From contig MHQP01000018.1 of NCBI GenBank assembly GCA_001820685.1, positions 13,881-77,880 of the forward strand: 64,000 bases of DNA, written 5' to 3'. Below are positions 1-9,043 of this stretch, in pieces. A program made the translations under genes and the position numbers. Source of the DNA: Candidatus Sungbacteria bacterium RIFCSPLOWO2_01_FULL_47_32 (lineage in GTDB: Bacteria; Patescibacteriota; Minisyncoccia; Sungbacterales; GWA2-42-14). The notes under the pieces are model-generated. The model worked only from the letters and a program-made list of their open reading frames with translations. It made no database searches and was not told the origin of the DNA. The number at the start of each line of letters is the position of its first letter. The stretch's first letter is position 1.

Positions 1-2
1 TT

Positions 3-347
3 CTGAAATCCCATAATGTACTTGACGAGCTTGATGCTGCGTTCATTGAAGGAGCGATAGCTTCAAGCGAGCAGGAGCACATGCTTAAAGAAGTCCGGGA
101 AAAATCAAAAAAACTGGTTGCTGTGGGGTCGTGCGCTATTGTTGGGATGCCGGCAGGCCAAAGAAATACGTTTAACGAAGCACAGCAGGCGGAAATAGAT
201 TTTTTGGTAGCCCGTTTCGGCGCTCTTCCGAAGGTGCTTAAGGTATCGGATGTCGTAAAAGTTGACGCGGATGTGCCCGGATGTCCGATGGAGCCGGCAA
301 AATTTTTAGAAGTTGTGAGCACGGTGGTCAAGGAATTAAGAGGCTAA
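3..347 (+). CDS. NiFe hydrogenase small (delta) subunit, C-terminal part; the 5' end lies outside the window
   Basis: Open frame from position 3 with no stop. The translation ...IEGAIASSEQEHMLKEVREKSKKLVAVGSCAIVG...VDADVPGCPMEP matches the middle and C-terminal region of NiFe hydrogenase small subunits (GCP proximal-cluster motif). A short C-terminus without extra FeS ligands is typical of cytoplasmic group 3 enzymes. Confidence 0.7.
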   Translation: MKSHNVLDELDAAFIEGAIASSEQEHMLKEVREKSKKLVAVGSCAIVGMPAGQRNTFNEAQQAEIDFLVARFGALPKVLKVSDVVKVDADVPGCPMEPAKFLEVVSTVVKELRG

Positions 348-366
348 TAATTGTTATTGTATCATC

Positions 367-1671
367 ATGCATACCGTTGATTTAGACCTGAATATGGACC
401 GCCTTACCAAAGTTGAGGGTTCTGCCTCGCTTGAAGTAAAAATACGTAACGGCAAGGCGGAGAAGGTTCACTTTAAAATAACCGAATATAAAAGATTTTT
501 TACCCAGGCGATGCAAGGGAAGCCGCTTGTTGCGATTCCGCAGCTGCTTGCCCGCATCTGTGGCACGTGTTCGAACGCTCATCTCCTGGCAAGTATTGAG
601 GCGTGCGAAAGTGCTCTCGGGATAGAACCGACCGAGCAGACGAATATTCTTCGGACTCTTACAATGTACGGCTTGAATATCCGGGACCACGCTCTGCACC
701 TGTACCTTTTTTCAATGCCTGATATCGTCGGAAAAGACGCGTTTCTTGACTTTGACGAGAACAATGAATTCGAGCACCAGATGCTCCATGACGGGTTTCA
801 AATAAAAGCCGCGGGCAATTTTCTTGCGACTCTAGTTGCCGGACGCAGTGTTCACGCGGTTTATCCCGTTGTCGGCGGATTCATTCATTTTCCGGAAAAA
901 GCCGGGGTAGGAGAGGCGATTCAAAAACTTGAAGCGGCTCGCCCTGCCGTACTCCGCCTGATCAATGTTTTTAAAGATGCTCCCTTCCATTTTGACCGGA
1001 AAACAAATTTTATGGCGCTTGTTCCGATGGGGGGCATGTACGGGTTTATTCATGGATGCATCAACACCGGCAAGGGCGAATGCGTCCCAAAAGAGAATTT
1101 TGACGGCTTTTTGGAACGGGTCGTTGTTCCATATTCGCAGGCATCCGGCTACAAGCATAAAGAAGAATCCTATATGGTTGGAGCGCTCGCGCGCATGAAT
1201 TTGGCAAAAAATTTGCTACATCCCTTGACCAAAGAAGCGCTTGGCGCGACGCTTGACCTTTTTCCGTCAACGGATATTTTCCGAAATAACCTTGCGCAGG
1301 CGATAGAAATTCTTCACGCGCTTGACCGTTCCATTGAGTTATTGCGGGTGAACAATTTTGTTCCCGAGTCGGTAATTAAAAAGCCGCCGAGAGAGTCGGT
1401 CGGGGTTGGGGTAATCGAGGCTCCGAGGGGAACGCTCTATCATAAAATTTTTCTTGGAAGCGACGGGGTCGTCAAAAAAGGAGAAATCGTAGTGCCCACC
1501 GGGCAGAACCAAGTAAATATTGAGGAAGATATATATCATTTAGTCAACGAGCTCCTCCCCGATGCGCCGAAAGAAAAGATGCAATTCGAGATAGAAAAAC
1601 TTATCCGGGCATACGACCCATGCATGAGCTGTGCCACACATTTCCTCAAGGTTGACTGGAACGAAGCGTAG
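367..1671 (+). CDS. NiFe hydrogenase large (alpha) subunit
   Basis: N-terminal RICGTC (L1 motif) and C-terminal DPCMSCATH (L2 motif) are the Ni-binding cysteine pairs. 434 aa. Ends with a 9-aa extension after the His, consistent with processing by a maturation protease. Confidence 0.9.
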   Translation: MHTVDLDLNMDRLTKVEGSASLEVKIRNGKAEKVHFKITEYKRFFTQAMQGKPLVAIPQLLARICGTCSNAHLLASIEACESALGIEPTEQTNILRTLTMYGLNIRDHALHLYLFSMPDIVGKDAFLDFDENNEFEHQMLHDGFQIKAAGNFLATLVAGRSVHAVYPVVGGFIHFPEKAGVGEAIQKLEAARPAVLRLINVFKDAPFHFDRKTNFMALVPMGGMYGFIHGCINTGKGECVPKENFDGFLERVVVPYSQASGYKHKEESYMVGALARMNLAKNLLHPLTKEALGATLDLFPSTDIFRNNLAQAIEILHALDRSIELLRVNNFVPESVIKKPPRESVGVGVIEAPRGTLYHKIFLGSDGVVKKGEIVVPTGQNQVNIEEDIYHLVNELLPDAPKEKMQFEIEKLIRAYDPCMSCATHFLKVDWNEA

Positions 1672-2023
1672 CTGTCAAAAATTCCAGCACCGTGTCTTCA
1701 GGCATCTCCGGCGGGATGCCTATTATTTTTATTTTTTTAATCTTGCCGATTTTTTTAAGGTATTTCATGTTCGTGAGCGCGTCAAAGTCATGCATGGTTA
1801 GGCGGGGAGGCAAGGAAAACGACTCAATGTCAGAAAAAATTTTAGGCTCCTTAATATTTATTACGGTATCAATGACGGTAATATCCTCCGGTATGCTCCA
1901 GTCCTCGTTCGGGTCAATGACCTTAAACTCAATTTTCGGGAACTGTTTCGAAAGGCGGGGAAGGATTTTGAGTGGCACGGAATCCTGTAGAAGGTCGGGG
2001 TTGCCGAAAATAAGTATCGTCAT
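1646..2023 (-). CDS. hydrogenase maturation endopeptidase (HycI/HoxW-like)
   Basis: MTILIFGNPDLLQDSVPLKILPRL...VIDTVINIKEP...RLTMHDFDALTNMKYL...IKIIGIPPE aligns by eye to HycI-type proteases. The start is placed at the internal Met (2023) that gives the canonical N-terminus; the ORF could start at 2047. The 3' end overlaps the large-subunit 3' end by 26 nt, convergently. Confidence 0.65.
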   Translation of the reverse strand: MTILIFGNPDLLQDSVPLKILPRLSKQFPKIEFKVIDPNEDWSIPEDITVIDTVINIKEPKIFSDIESFSLPPRLTMHDFDALTNMKYLKKIGKIKKIKIIGIPPEMPEDTVLEFLTATLRSSQP

Positions 2024-2049
2024 GGGTTTTGCAGGCTCATCCAACATCT

Positions 2050-2841
2050 CTAAAGATTTTTTATGCAGTTGGCAAGCGCGATATGATGAAGCGTATACCG
2101 TTTTAGGGTTGCTGCCTGTTTTTTTGAGATTGCTTCGCAGGGAACTCCCCAATGAATCGTAATGATATCGCCGCTTTTTAGCTGTTCAATATCAGGCGGA
2201 GAAGAAATGTCCCGGTGAATTCTTCTGGTCTCTGGGTTTCCAAGCGCCAGTCTGCCGTTTTCATATATGAGCGGTTCGGTTTTGACCGCAAGGAACGGCC
2301 CGTCGGCGTTTAAAACCGTGCCCCAGCTTATGCGGCACGAATCCATACTCTCAAGAGTGTGGGGAATATCAAGATTCCCCGTTCGCTTCCAGATGCTTAA
2401 TACGTGGAACGAATGGTGCGGAAGCGCGCCTTTTTTTATTATGTCTTCAACCAGCTCAAATGACTGGCGCCCTACTTTCTTTTTTACATCAAGGTTATCC
2501 AGGAGATGCCGGTAAAGCCTTTTTTCTCCCGCATTCTTCAATAACTCATTTCCTATCCAATAGGCATCAACAACCCTGGGGTTGAACGGATCCCGTATGC
2601 TATTCGCGTCAGCAATAAGTTTGAGATACGGATAAAGAGTGCGAAAAGCCTGCAATAGTTTTTCGAGCCCCGGGTCCTCTGCGCCATTTTGCATGTACGC
2701 CAAAATTTCCCGATTCGCATCGGGACCGCAGTAGTGAAGGCGGTTCGGGCCAAAGGCATATTTGCTACAGCGAAGCAGACCGTCCGCTTCAGGCCGAGAA
2801 AACCAGCCCTTTTTTAATGAATTTGCTATAGTAGTATTCAA
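2050..2841 (-). CDS. hypothetical Cys-containing protein, co-oriented immediately upstream of the maturation protease; start uncertain
   Basis: 263-codon ORF with balanced composition (CSKYAFGPNRLHYCGPD, HWGVPCEAI). No family recognised. The ORF-track start at 2841 is a TTG and overlaps the EamA gene by 53 nt, so the real start may be further in. Confidence 0.5.
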   Translation of the reverse strand: MNTTIANSLKKGWFSRPEADGLLRCSKYAFGPNRLHYCGPDANREILAYMQNGAEDPGLEKLLQAFRTLYPYLKLIADANSIRDPFNPRVVDAYWIGNELLKNAGEKRLYRHLLDNLDVKKKVGRQSFELVEDIIKKGALPHHSFHVLSIWKRTGNLDIPHTLESMDSCRISWGTVLNADGPFLAVKTEPLIYENGRLALGNPETRRIHRDISSPPDIEQLKSGDIITIHWGVPCEAISKKQAATLKRYTLHHIALANCIKNL

Positions 2842-3718
2842 TTTGTTTTGTTATCAAAAGTATTCCTGCAAGCATCAGCAAAATAGACGGAACTACTTTT
2901 AATGGGAATGAGTGATTTACTATAACTCCGTCAAGAACGGCAGTAATAGGAAAGGCAAGCGCAAGGATTGAAGTTACTACCGTTGCCGGAGCTTTCTCGA
3001 GTGCCGAGTACCAGCTGAACACATATCCGAAAAGAACGATCCCGACGACAATCGCCAGCATTCCCTGATAAAGTGATGAGGGGATGATAGTTGATATTTC
3101 TCCCGTAGAGAGAAGCCAGACGACCAAAAAGAAAGAGCCAAAAAACATTCGCGCCCACGCGACGGTAAGCGCTGATACGCTACTAAGAATTTTTTTCGCG
3201 ATTATGCTTTCTATGGCCCAAAGAATTGTCGCTCCAAGCGCCATGGCCGCTCCTCTGCCGAAGGACCATGTTGCGGGGGCTCCGGAAATATAGATTGCAT
3301 AGAGCATTACAAAAAGTGCCAAAATTTGAACGATGCCAAGCCGCTCCTTAAGAAACGGATATGCTAAAATCGCGACCCAGATAAAAAGAGTCTTATGAAT
3401 AAAGGCGGCCTCGGTTGCGGATACCATAGTTAGCGATTTAAAAAATAAAAGAAACGAAACTGACCCGCCGATGCCCGCGATCACTAGGAGCTTGAACCAC
3501 TCTCCTCGTGAGAGACGGCGCAGTTCACAAACCCTCCCTAACAGCAGGAGAAGTGCCGTAAGAAAGACTGCCGCCGTTAGATTTTTTGCGGTTGTGTAGG
3601 CGGATGAATTTGCCCAAAGCCCGACCCCGAACTTATTGATAAATACGGAAAAACCGCTTATGAGCGCGGCAATAAATGCCAGTTTTATTCCGCTAAGGTA
3701 TGTTTTGTTTGCTATCAT
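2789..3718 (-). CDS. EamA/DMT-superfamily membrane transporter
   Basis: 309 aa, about 10 hydrophobic helices in two halves; typical EamA composition. Confidence 0.7.
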   Translation of the reverse strand: MIANKTYLSGIKLAFIAALISGFSVFINKFGVGLWANSSAYTTAKNLTAAVFLTALLLLLGRVCELRRLSRGEWFKLLVIAGIGGSVSFLLFFKSLTMVSATEAAFIHKTLFIWVAILAYPFLKERLGIVQILALFVMLYAIYISGAPATWSFGRGAAMALGATILWAIESIIAKKILSSVSALTVAWARMFFGSFFLVVWLLSTGEISTIIPSSLYQGMLAIVVGIVLFGYVFSWYSALEKAPATVVTSILALAFPITAVLDGVIVNHSFPLKVVPSILLMLAGILLITKQIEYYYSKFIKKGLVFSA

Positions 3719-3944
3719 GCTTTCCTGTTACGTAGTACGTTGCTATTGTATCACTTTACAGAAAATAACCCAATAGTATAGCGACGGCATTAAGGTGAGT
3801 TTTTTGCCGTCGGAAACCGATGGGCGTCTTGGTATTCCACATTTATATTATTTTTTGATATACTTATACATATGTAATACATCAGCTTTTAGACGCATGA
3901 TAAAACAAGGAGTAAAGAAAATATGTTATCGGTAACATAAAAAT

Positions 3945-4217
3945 ATGAAGAAAATGTTAATTATTGCGGCTGTCGTTATTGCTCTCGCGGCCACCGCAGG
4001 GTTTTTCTTAACAAGAAAACCCGCAGGCTTAACAGGGCAAAATAACGCCGGAACGCCGGGAGGAGTATCTACCGAAACAGCAGTCGAACCAGCATCCGGT
4101 TTGGGCGGGCAACTATATAGCGAAATCCAGCAGAATCCCGGAACGAAAATTCCCGATACCAATCCGATCAAGAACGACTTAAATCCGTATAATAACGGTT
4201 ACGTTAATCCATTCTAA
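3945..4217 (+). CDS. small membrane-anchored protein with NP-motif tail (partner of the Cys-repeat protein)
   Basis: N-terminal TM helix MKKMLIIAAVVIALAATAGFFL, low-complexity linker, C-terminal NPGTKIPDTNPIKNDLNPYNNGYVNPF. Ends 9 nt before the Cys-repeat gene. Confidence 0.5.
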   Translation: MKKMLIIAAVVIALAATAGFFLTRKPAGLTGQNNAGTPGGVSTETAVEPASGLGGQLYSEIQQNPGTKIPDTNPIKNDLNPYNNGYVNPF

Positions 4218-4225
4218 ATACAAAC

Positions 4226-6373
4226 ATGAAAAAACAACCTTTTTTAATTTTTGGATTACTTGCCGGAATGGGTTTCATGGGAAGTCTATTGTTTGCTCTT
4301 GTGTCGTTTGCGAGCCCAATTCCTATGGTTCAGGCGGAAGTAGAGCGAATTGCCGTGGGTTCGTCATGGACGACAACTGTGCAGCCGATGAGCGCGTTGA
4401 GACTGGTTGCGCGTATTACCGGAGACGTACCGGCCGGCGGGAACTATGCAATGGAAGTATACGTGAACGGCAAGCCCGTGATCTCATCTCTTTTGAATAA
4501 AGGCGCGAGTTTTACGTTTAAAGACGGCCGGACCTTTCCTTACCGGTCGGAGAACGGCTGGATGCTGTTTTACAGCCAGAATTTTTCCGTGAATAATACC
4601 GCAGCGAGCGGGGGGTATCAGGTACTCACTGATCCCGGACAGGCTTATTTATACGAATGGAACATATCATCTCTTGTCGGCGGCGCGTCGAGCATGAAAC
4701 TGGAAATTAAAAATAACGGCAAAACAGCCGGAAGGCAGATCCTCGTTCAGGTCTTGAGCAGATATCCGATCGCCGAATTGGGAAATTGCGGCGACGAAAA
4801 TGCTTGCAGGGATTATTGCGGAAAACAGGCAAATTATGCCGCATGCTCGGATTACGGCGCGAAAAATAACATAATTTCTCCGGAAGACGCAGAGAAGGCC
4901 AAGAAGTTCGCCGATGTTTTGAACGGAGCGGGTCCCGGCGGATGCAAAGACGAGGCTTCCTGCCGAAGTTATTGCGAGGGCGTTGCTCACTTGGAAGAAT
5001 GTATTTCTTTCGCTCAAAAACATAATTTTGCAAGCGGGGACCAGTTGGCTGAAGCGCAAAAAGTTTTGAGCGCGCTCAAAAAAGGCGCGACACTTCCGGG
5101 CGGCTGCACGGATAAAAATTCCTGTGAATCATATTGCAAGGACTCGGCCCATGTCGAAGAATGCCTTTCGTTCGCAAAAAAAGCCGGTTTTATCTCCGAC
5201 CAAGAGGCCGCTGAAGCGGAAAAGGTCCTGCCATTCATAAAAAGCGGGCAGACACCGGGTGGATGCACTACCAAAGCGGATTGCCAGAAATTCTGCGATG
5301 ATTCAAGCAACAACACGGAATGCGTCAATTTTGCCGAGAAGGCGGGATTCATGAGCAAGGAAGACGCAACTATGGCGAGGATTACCGGCGGAAAAGGCCC
5401 GGGCGGGTGCAAGTCAAAGGATTCCTGCGAAACATACTGCAACGCAAAAACGCACCAGCAAGAATGTTTTGACTTTGCCCAGAAATATAATCTAATTCCA
5501 CCCGATAAGCTGAAAGAGATGAGGGAGGGCATGGGCCGGCTTCGTTCCGGTTTGGACCAGATGCCGCAGGAAGCGATTTCGTGTCTTAAGGACAATCTTG
5601 GGCAGGATATTGTCACGAAAATTCAGGACGGGTCTTTTACTCCCGGACCGCAAACCGGGGATACCATCAAGGGCTGTTTCGATAAGGTCATGCCCCAACT
5701 TCAAGCCAAATTAAAGCAGGGATTGGATCAGGCGACACCGGCCGCATTGCAGTGCTTGCAAAACGGCCTCGGTGAAGACGGGCTTCAAAAAATTAAAAAT
5801 GGCGAAGCGCCAACCCCGGAAAACGGAGATGTTCTCAAAAAATGCTTCGGAGCAATGAAATCGGAAGGGATGAACAAGCTTAAGAACGGTTTAAGTAAGA
5901 TGCCACCGGAAGTGAGATCTTGCATAACTGAAAAACTCGGCGCGGACACAGTGCAAAAAATACAAAGCGGCGAGGATGTGAATATCGGCCCCGAAATCGG
6001 ATCGGCCATGCAGGAATGTGCGAAGGCAGGTGTTGCGGCGATGCAGCAGAAAATGGATGAAGGATTAAAAAGCGCCCCGCCGGAAATCAAAAGTTGCGTA
6101 GAATCAAAACTTGGCAGCATGAGCGCAAAGATGCAAAGCGGAGAACTAAGCGGCGAGGCGGACGTTCAGAAATTGATACAAGAATGCGTTTCTAACTTTA
6201 AGCCGGCAGGAGGCATGCCGCCGCCAGGAGCCGGCGGAGAAACCGAAGGTAACCCGCCCGCGGGATTTGCGCCAACTCCGGAGATTTGCTCTCAATTCCG
6301 GTCCGTTCCTTCGTGTTCCTATGTACCCGCCGGCACAGCCCAAGACATGTGCAAAAAGTGCAAAACGGAATAG
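4226..6373 (+). CDS. secreted modular cysteine-repeat protein of unknown family
   Basis: 715 aa. Signal/TM at the N-terminus, an ~185-aa N-terminal domain, then five ~50-aa 4-Cys modules (GPGGC-x5-C-x3-C-x8-C-x2-FA-x-K-x-NF) and four ~40-aa 2-Cys modules (P-x-E-x2-SC-x3-LG-x-D-x3-KIQ-x-G...C). Cys-rich C-terminus. Confidence 0.8.
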   Translation: MKKQPFLIFGLLAGMGFMGSLLFALVSFASPIPMVQAEVERIAVGSSWTTTVQPMSALRLVARITGDVPAGGNYAMEVYVNGKPVISSLLNKGASFTFKDGRTFPYRSENGWMLFYSQNFSVNNTAASGGYQVLTDPGQAYLYEWNISSLVGGASSMKLEIKNNGKTAGRQILVQVLSRYPIAELGNCGDENACRDYCGKQANYAACSDYGAKNNIISPEDAEKAKKFADVLNGAGPGGCKDEASCRSYCEGVAHLEECISFAQKHNFASGDQLAEAQKVLSALKKGATLPGGCTDKNSCESYCKDSAHVEECLSFAKKAGFISDQEAAEAEKVLPFIKSGQTPGGCTTKADCQKFCDDSSNNTECVNFAEKAGFMSKEDATMARITGGKGPGGCKSKDSCETYCNAKTHQQECFDFAQKYNLIPPDKLKEMREGMGRLRSGLDQMPQEAISCLKDNLGQDIVTKIQDGSFTPGPQTGDTIKGCFDKVMPQLQAKLKQGLDQATPAALQCLQNGLGEDGLQKIKNGEAPTPENGDVLKKCFGAMKSEGMNKLKNGLSKMPPEVRSCITEKLGADTVQKIQSGEDVNIGPEIGSAMQECAKAGVAAMQQKMDEGLKSAPPEIKSCVESKLGSMSAKMQSGELSGEADVQKLIQECVSNFKPAGGMPPPGAGGETEGNPPAGFAPTPEICSQFRSVPSCSYVPAGTAQDMCKKCKTE
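4787..5498 (+). repeat. five tandem 4-Cys protein modules (coding repeats) inside the 4226-6373 CDS
   Basis: aa 188-425: CGDENACRDYC...C; GGCKDEASCRSYCEGVAHLEECISFAQKHNF; GGCTDKNSCESYCKDSAHVEECLSFAKKAGF; GGCTTKADCQKFCDDSSNNTECVNFAEKAGF; GGCKSKDSCETYCNAKTHQQECFDFAQKYNL. Confidence 0.75.
5561..6188 (+). repeat. four tandem 2-Cys protein modules (coding repeats) inside the 4226-6373 CDS
   Basis: MPQEAISCLKDNLGQDIVTKIQDG...C; ATPAALQCLQNGLGEDGLQKIKNG...C; MPPEVRSCITEKLGADTVQKIQSG...C; APPEIKSCVESKLGSMSAKMQSG...C. Confidence 0.7.
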
Positions 6374-6411
6374 TTGAGGAATATTCTTCGCATGACACGT
6401 TCAGCGTATAA

Positions 6412-6444
6412 ACAAAACCCGGCAATCGTGCGCCGGGTTTTGAG
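6412..6444 (+). terminator. rho-independent terminator after the Cys-repeat gene
   Basis: cccggc-aatcgtgc-gccggg stem-loop (6418-6437) followed by TTTTGAG. Confidence 0.6.
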
Positions 6445-6447
6445 TTC

Positions 6448-6477
6448 TTGTCAAAGTAGCTGGGATTTGCCTATTTT
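6448..6477 (+). promoter_or_regulatory. candidate sigma70-type promoter of the hut operon
   Basis: TTGTCA (6448-6453), 18-nt spacer, TATTTT (6472-6477). By eye only. Confidence 0.3.
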
Positions 6478-6565
6478 CCCGCCATAATTCGCCGTGAAGA
6501 GGTTTCCCGGCGTGCTTTTTTTGCGAAAAAATGATATGGTTTTTGTGTATTCGCGTTTTACAATT

Positions 6566-8080
6566 ATGCATAACATTCCAATTCGAAATTTAACCATAGC
6601 TGATTTTATTGGCATGAGCGGACCAAAAACCCGCCTGTATCTTGAAAAGTCAGCTGGTTCAAAAATCAATCGCGTCGCCTCATCCCTTCAAAAGCTTATC
6701 GGCGCCGGTAAAATTATTTACGGCGTAAATACCGGGGTGGGGGACCTGTGCGATGTTACTCTTCAGGGAAAGGATTTGTACCGCCTTCAAGAAAATATTA
6801 TTTTAAGCCACGCGTGCGGTTCCTCTCCATATCTCGAAGAACGCGTAAGCCGCGGGGCTTTATTTTTGATTATTAACTCGCGCTCTAAGGGTTTTTCCGG
6901 AGTTACGGCGGAACTTATTCGAAAACTCGTTATTCTTTTTAATAACAATGTTTCCCCTCTGCTTCCCGTCAGGGGGTCTTTGGGAGCGAGCGGCGATCTT
7001 ATCCCAATGGCTCATTTAGGGCTTTTGCTTCTTGGACAAGGTAGCGCCATGATGAACGGCAAAATTGTTCCGACAAAAAAAATATTGCACCGTCTTCGCA
7101 TTTCCAATCACGTGTTACAGCCCAAGGAAGCCTTGAGCCTGATAAACGGAACCGATGTTACGACCGCGCAGGCCGCGTTTACCCTGGAAAAGGCTAAAAA
7201 ACTTTTATTTTTGTCAGCGCGTCTGACAGCAGTCATCTTTGAGGTTCTGGGCGCTTCAAAGAAAAGTCTTGACTCGGACTTGCATTCCCTGAAGCCGCAT
7301 GTGGGGCAAGTAGCCATTGCTCGGCTTCTCAGAAAGTTTCTTCATGGAAGCAGACGTTGCGATCGGCCGAATAAGAAAATTCAGGCTTCGTATGTAATTC
7401 GCTGCGCGCCGCAGATTGACGGAGCTATTTGGGAGCAAATTGAAAAAGCAAGGGACGTTGCGGAGGTTGAATTGAATTCCGTAACCGATAACCCGCTATT
7501 TTTCCCATCCGGAGCAGGAGTGAGAGTAGCCTCCGGAGGAAATTTTCATGCCCAGAATTTGGCTTTTTCGCTCGATTCCGCCGGAATCGCTCTTGCCGCA
7601 TTCGGAAAAGTTGTTGAGAGAAGAATTGAAAGATTGCTGAACTCCTCGCTATCCGGCTTGCCGCCGTTTCTTGCGCATGACTTCGGATTGAATTCCGGCC
7701 TCATGATTCCGCAGTATCTTGTTGCCGCGCTTGTTGCCGAAAATTTGGTTTTAGCTCATCCGGCAAGCATTCAATCTCTGCCGGTATCTGCCAACCAGGA
7801 AGATTTCGTATCCATGGCCATGACTGCTGCAACAAAAGCTGAAAAAATTCTTGAAAATTGTGAAAAAATATTGGCCGTGGAGATTTTAACAGCTATTCAG
7901 GCGATGGATATGGCGAAAGATGCCAATGGACGCGTTTTTTCCGACTTTAGTCCTGCAGCAAAAACTCTTCACCGGAAAACGAGGGCTATTGTTTCGGAAC
8001 TCAAAAACGACAGGTGGCTGAGCAAAGATATCGAAGTGTTAACGGAATCAATTCAAAACGGCTATTTTCATTATGACTAA
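6566..8080 (+). CDS. hutH: histidine ammonia-lyase
   Basis: GSLGASGDL MIO-forming Ala-Ser-Gly motif and GVNTGVG. Start chosen at the Met (6566) giving about 504 aa; the ORF extends to 6494. Confidence 0.9.
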   Translation: MHNIPIRNLTIADFIGMSGPKTRLYLEKSAGSKINRVASSLQKLIGAGKIIYGVNTGVGDLCDVTLQGKDLYRLQENIILSHACGSSPYLEERVSRGALFLIINSRSKGFSGVTAELIRKLVILFNNNVSPLLPVRGSLGASGDLIPMAHLGLLLLGQGSAMMNGKIVPTKKILHRLRISNHVLQPKEALSLINGTDVTTAQAAFTLEKAKKLLFLSARLTAVIFEVLGASKKSLDSDLHSLKPHVGQVAIARLLRKFLHGSRRCDRPNKKIQASYVIRCAPQIDGAIWEQIEKARDVAEVELNSVTDNPLFFPSGAGVRVASGGNFHAQNLAFSLDSAGIALAAFGKVVERRIERLLNSSLSGLPPFLAHDFGLNSGLMIPQYLVAALVAENLVLAHPASIQSLPVSANQEDFVSMAMTAATKAEKILENCEKILAVEILTAIQAMDMAKDANGRVFSDFSPAAKTLHRKTRAIVSELKNDRWLSKDIEVLTESIQNGYFHYD

Positions 8081-9041
8081 ATTATTGAAGAAATCCACCG
8101 CGGCCATTTATGAGAAGCAGTCTGATTTGGACGACCTGCGCCTTAAAAATATTGTTGCGAATTGGGATGGGAGAACAAAAATTGATATCGGAATAATCGG
8201 AATACCTTTTGATTATGGTGTGCAACTTTCAGGAGGACGGCCGGGGGCCGCACGAGCGCCTGACACCATCCGCAGCCAGCTTAAGCGATACGGGACGGCA
8301 TGCAATAGTGAAAAGAAGGCGGACCTGTCTAAATTAAAAATTGCCGACCTCGGAAATATGAAAGTTTTTTTCCGGGACAGTTTGCGGACCTATGCGGCTG
8401 TTATCGGCGTAATGGCAAAAGCTTATGATGGATTGGTTGACACGATTATCGCGCTTGGAGGAGGAAACGATATTACATATGCAACGGTTTCGGCACTCCA
8501 AAGGAGCAGAAAGCAAACTCTCGGAGGAATGAGTATTGATGCGCATTTTGACGTACGAAGTACGCGGGGCGGAAAGATCACAAGCGGAACCCCCTATCGC
8601 CGGCTGATTGAGGATAAGATTCTACCCGGAAATAATTTTTGGGAAGCAGGAATTCAGGGACAGGTCAATTCAGTTATTCATGAGCGCTGGCTTAAAAAGC
8701 AGGGTGCGAAAATAGTTTCTCTCTCCGAGATAAGAGAAAAAGGGGTTATTGCCGAATTTAAAAGCTTTGAAAAGGCAACTCGGCGCTGTAAGATGATTTT
8801 CGTCAGCATCGATATTGATTCTGTCGCTCAAGCATTCGCCCCGGGCTCAAGCGCCCCCAGCCCCGACGGCCTTTTTCCGGAAGACATTCTGCAGTTCGCG
8901 TATTTAGCCGGACTTAATCAAAAAGTAAAACTTTTTGAAGTTGTTGAAGTTAATCCGCGTTATGATGTTGATAATAGAACGAGCAGGCTGGCTACAAATA
9001 TTGTTATCCAATTTTTAACAGGCCGCTCACTAATAAAATAA
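8073..9041 (+). CDS. hutG: formimidoylglutamase (arginase/ureohydrolase family)
   Basis: Ureohydrolase motifs (SIDAHFD, SIDIDSV, GGGND-like). Sits between hutH and hutU; ATG overlaps the hutH stop. Confidence 0.75.
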   Translation: MTKLLKKSTAAIYEKQSDLDDLRLKNIVANWDGRTKIDIGIIGIPFDYGVQLSGGRPGAARAPDTIRSQLKRYGTACNSEKKADLSKLKIADLGNMKVFFRDSLRTYAAVIGVMAKAYDGLVDTIIALGGGNDITYATVSALQRSRKQTLGGMSIDAHFDVRSTRGGKITSGTPYRRLIEDKILPGNNFWEAGIQGQVNSVIHERWLKKQGAKIVSLSEIREKGVIAEFKSFEKATRRCKMIFVSIDIDSVAQAFAPGSSAPSPDGLFPEDILQFAYLAGLNQKVKLFEVVEVNPRYDVDNRTSRLATNIVIQFLTGRSLIK

Positions 9042-9043
9042 CT

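Noticed and set aside
5014-5616. 200-aa antisense ORF inside the Cys-repeat gene, and similar long antisense ORFs inside the GH130 genes at 19568-20209 and 18756-19310
   Set aside because: These are shadow ORFs of long coding regions; the sense frames carry the conserved motifs.
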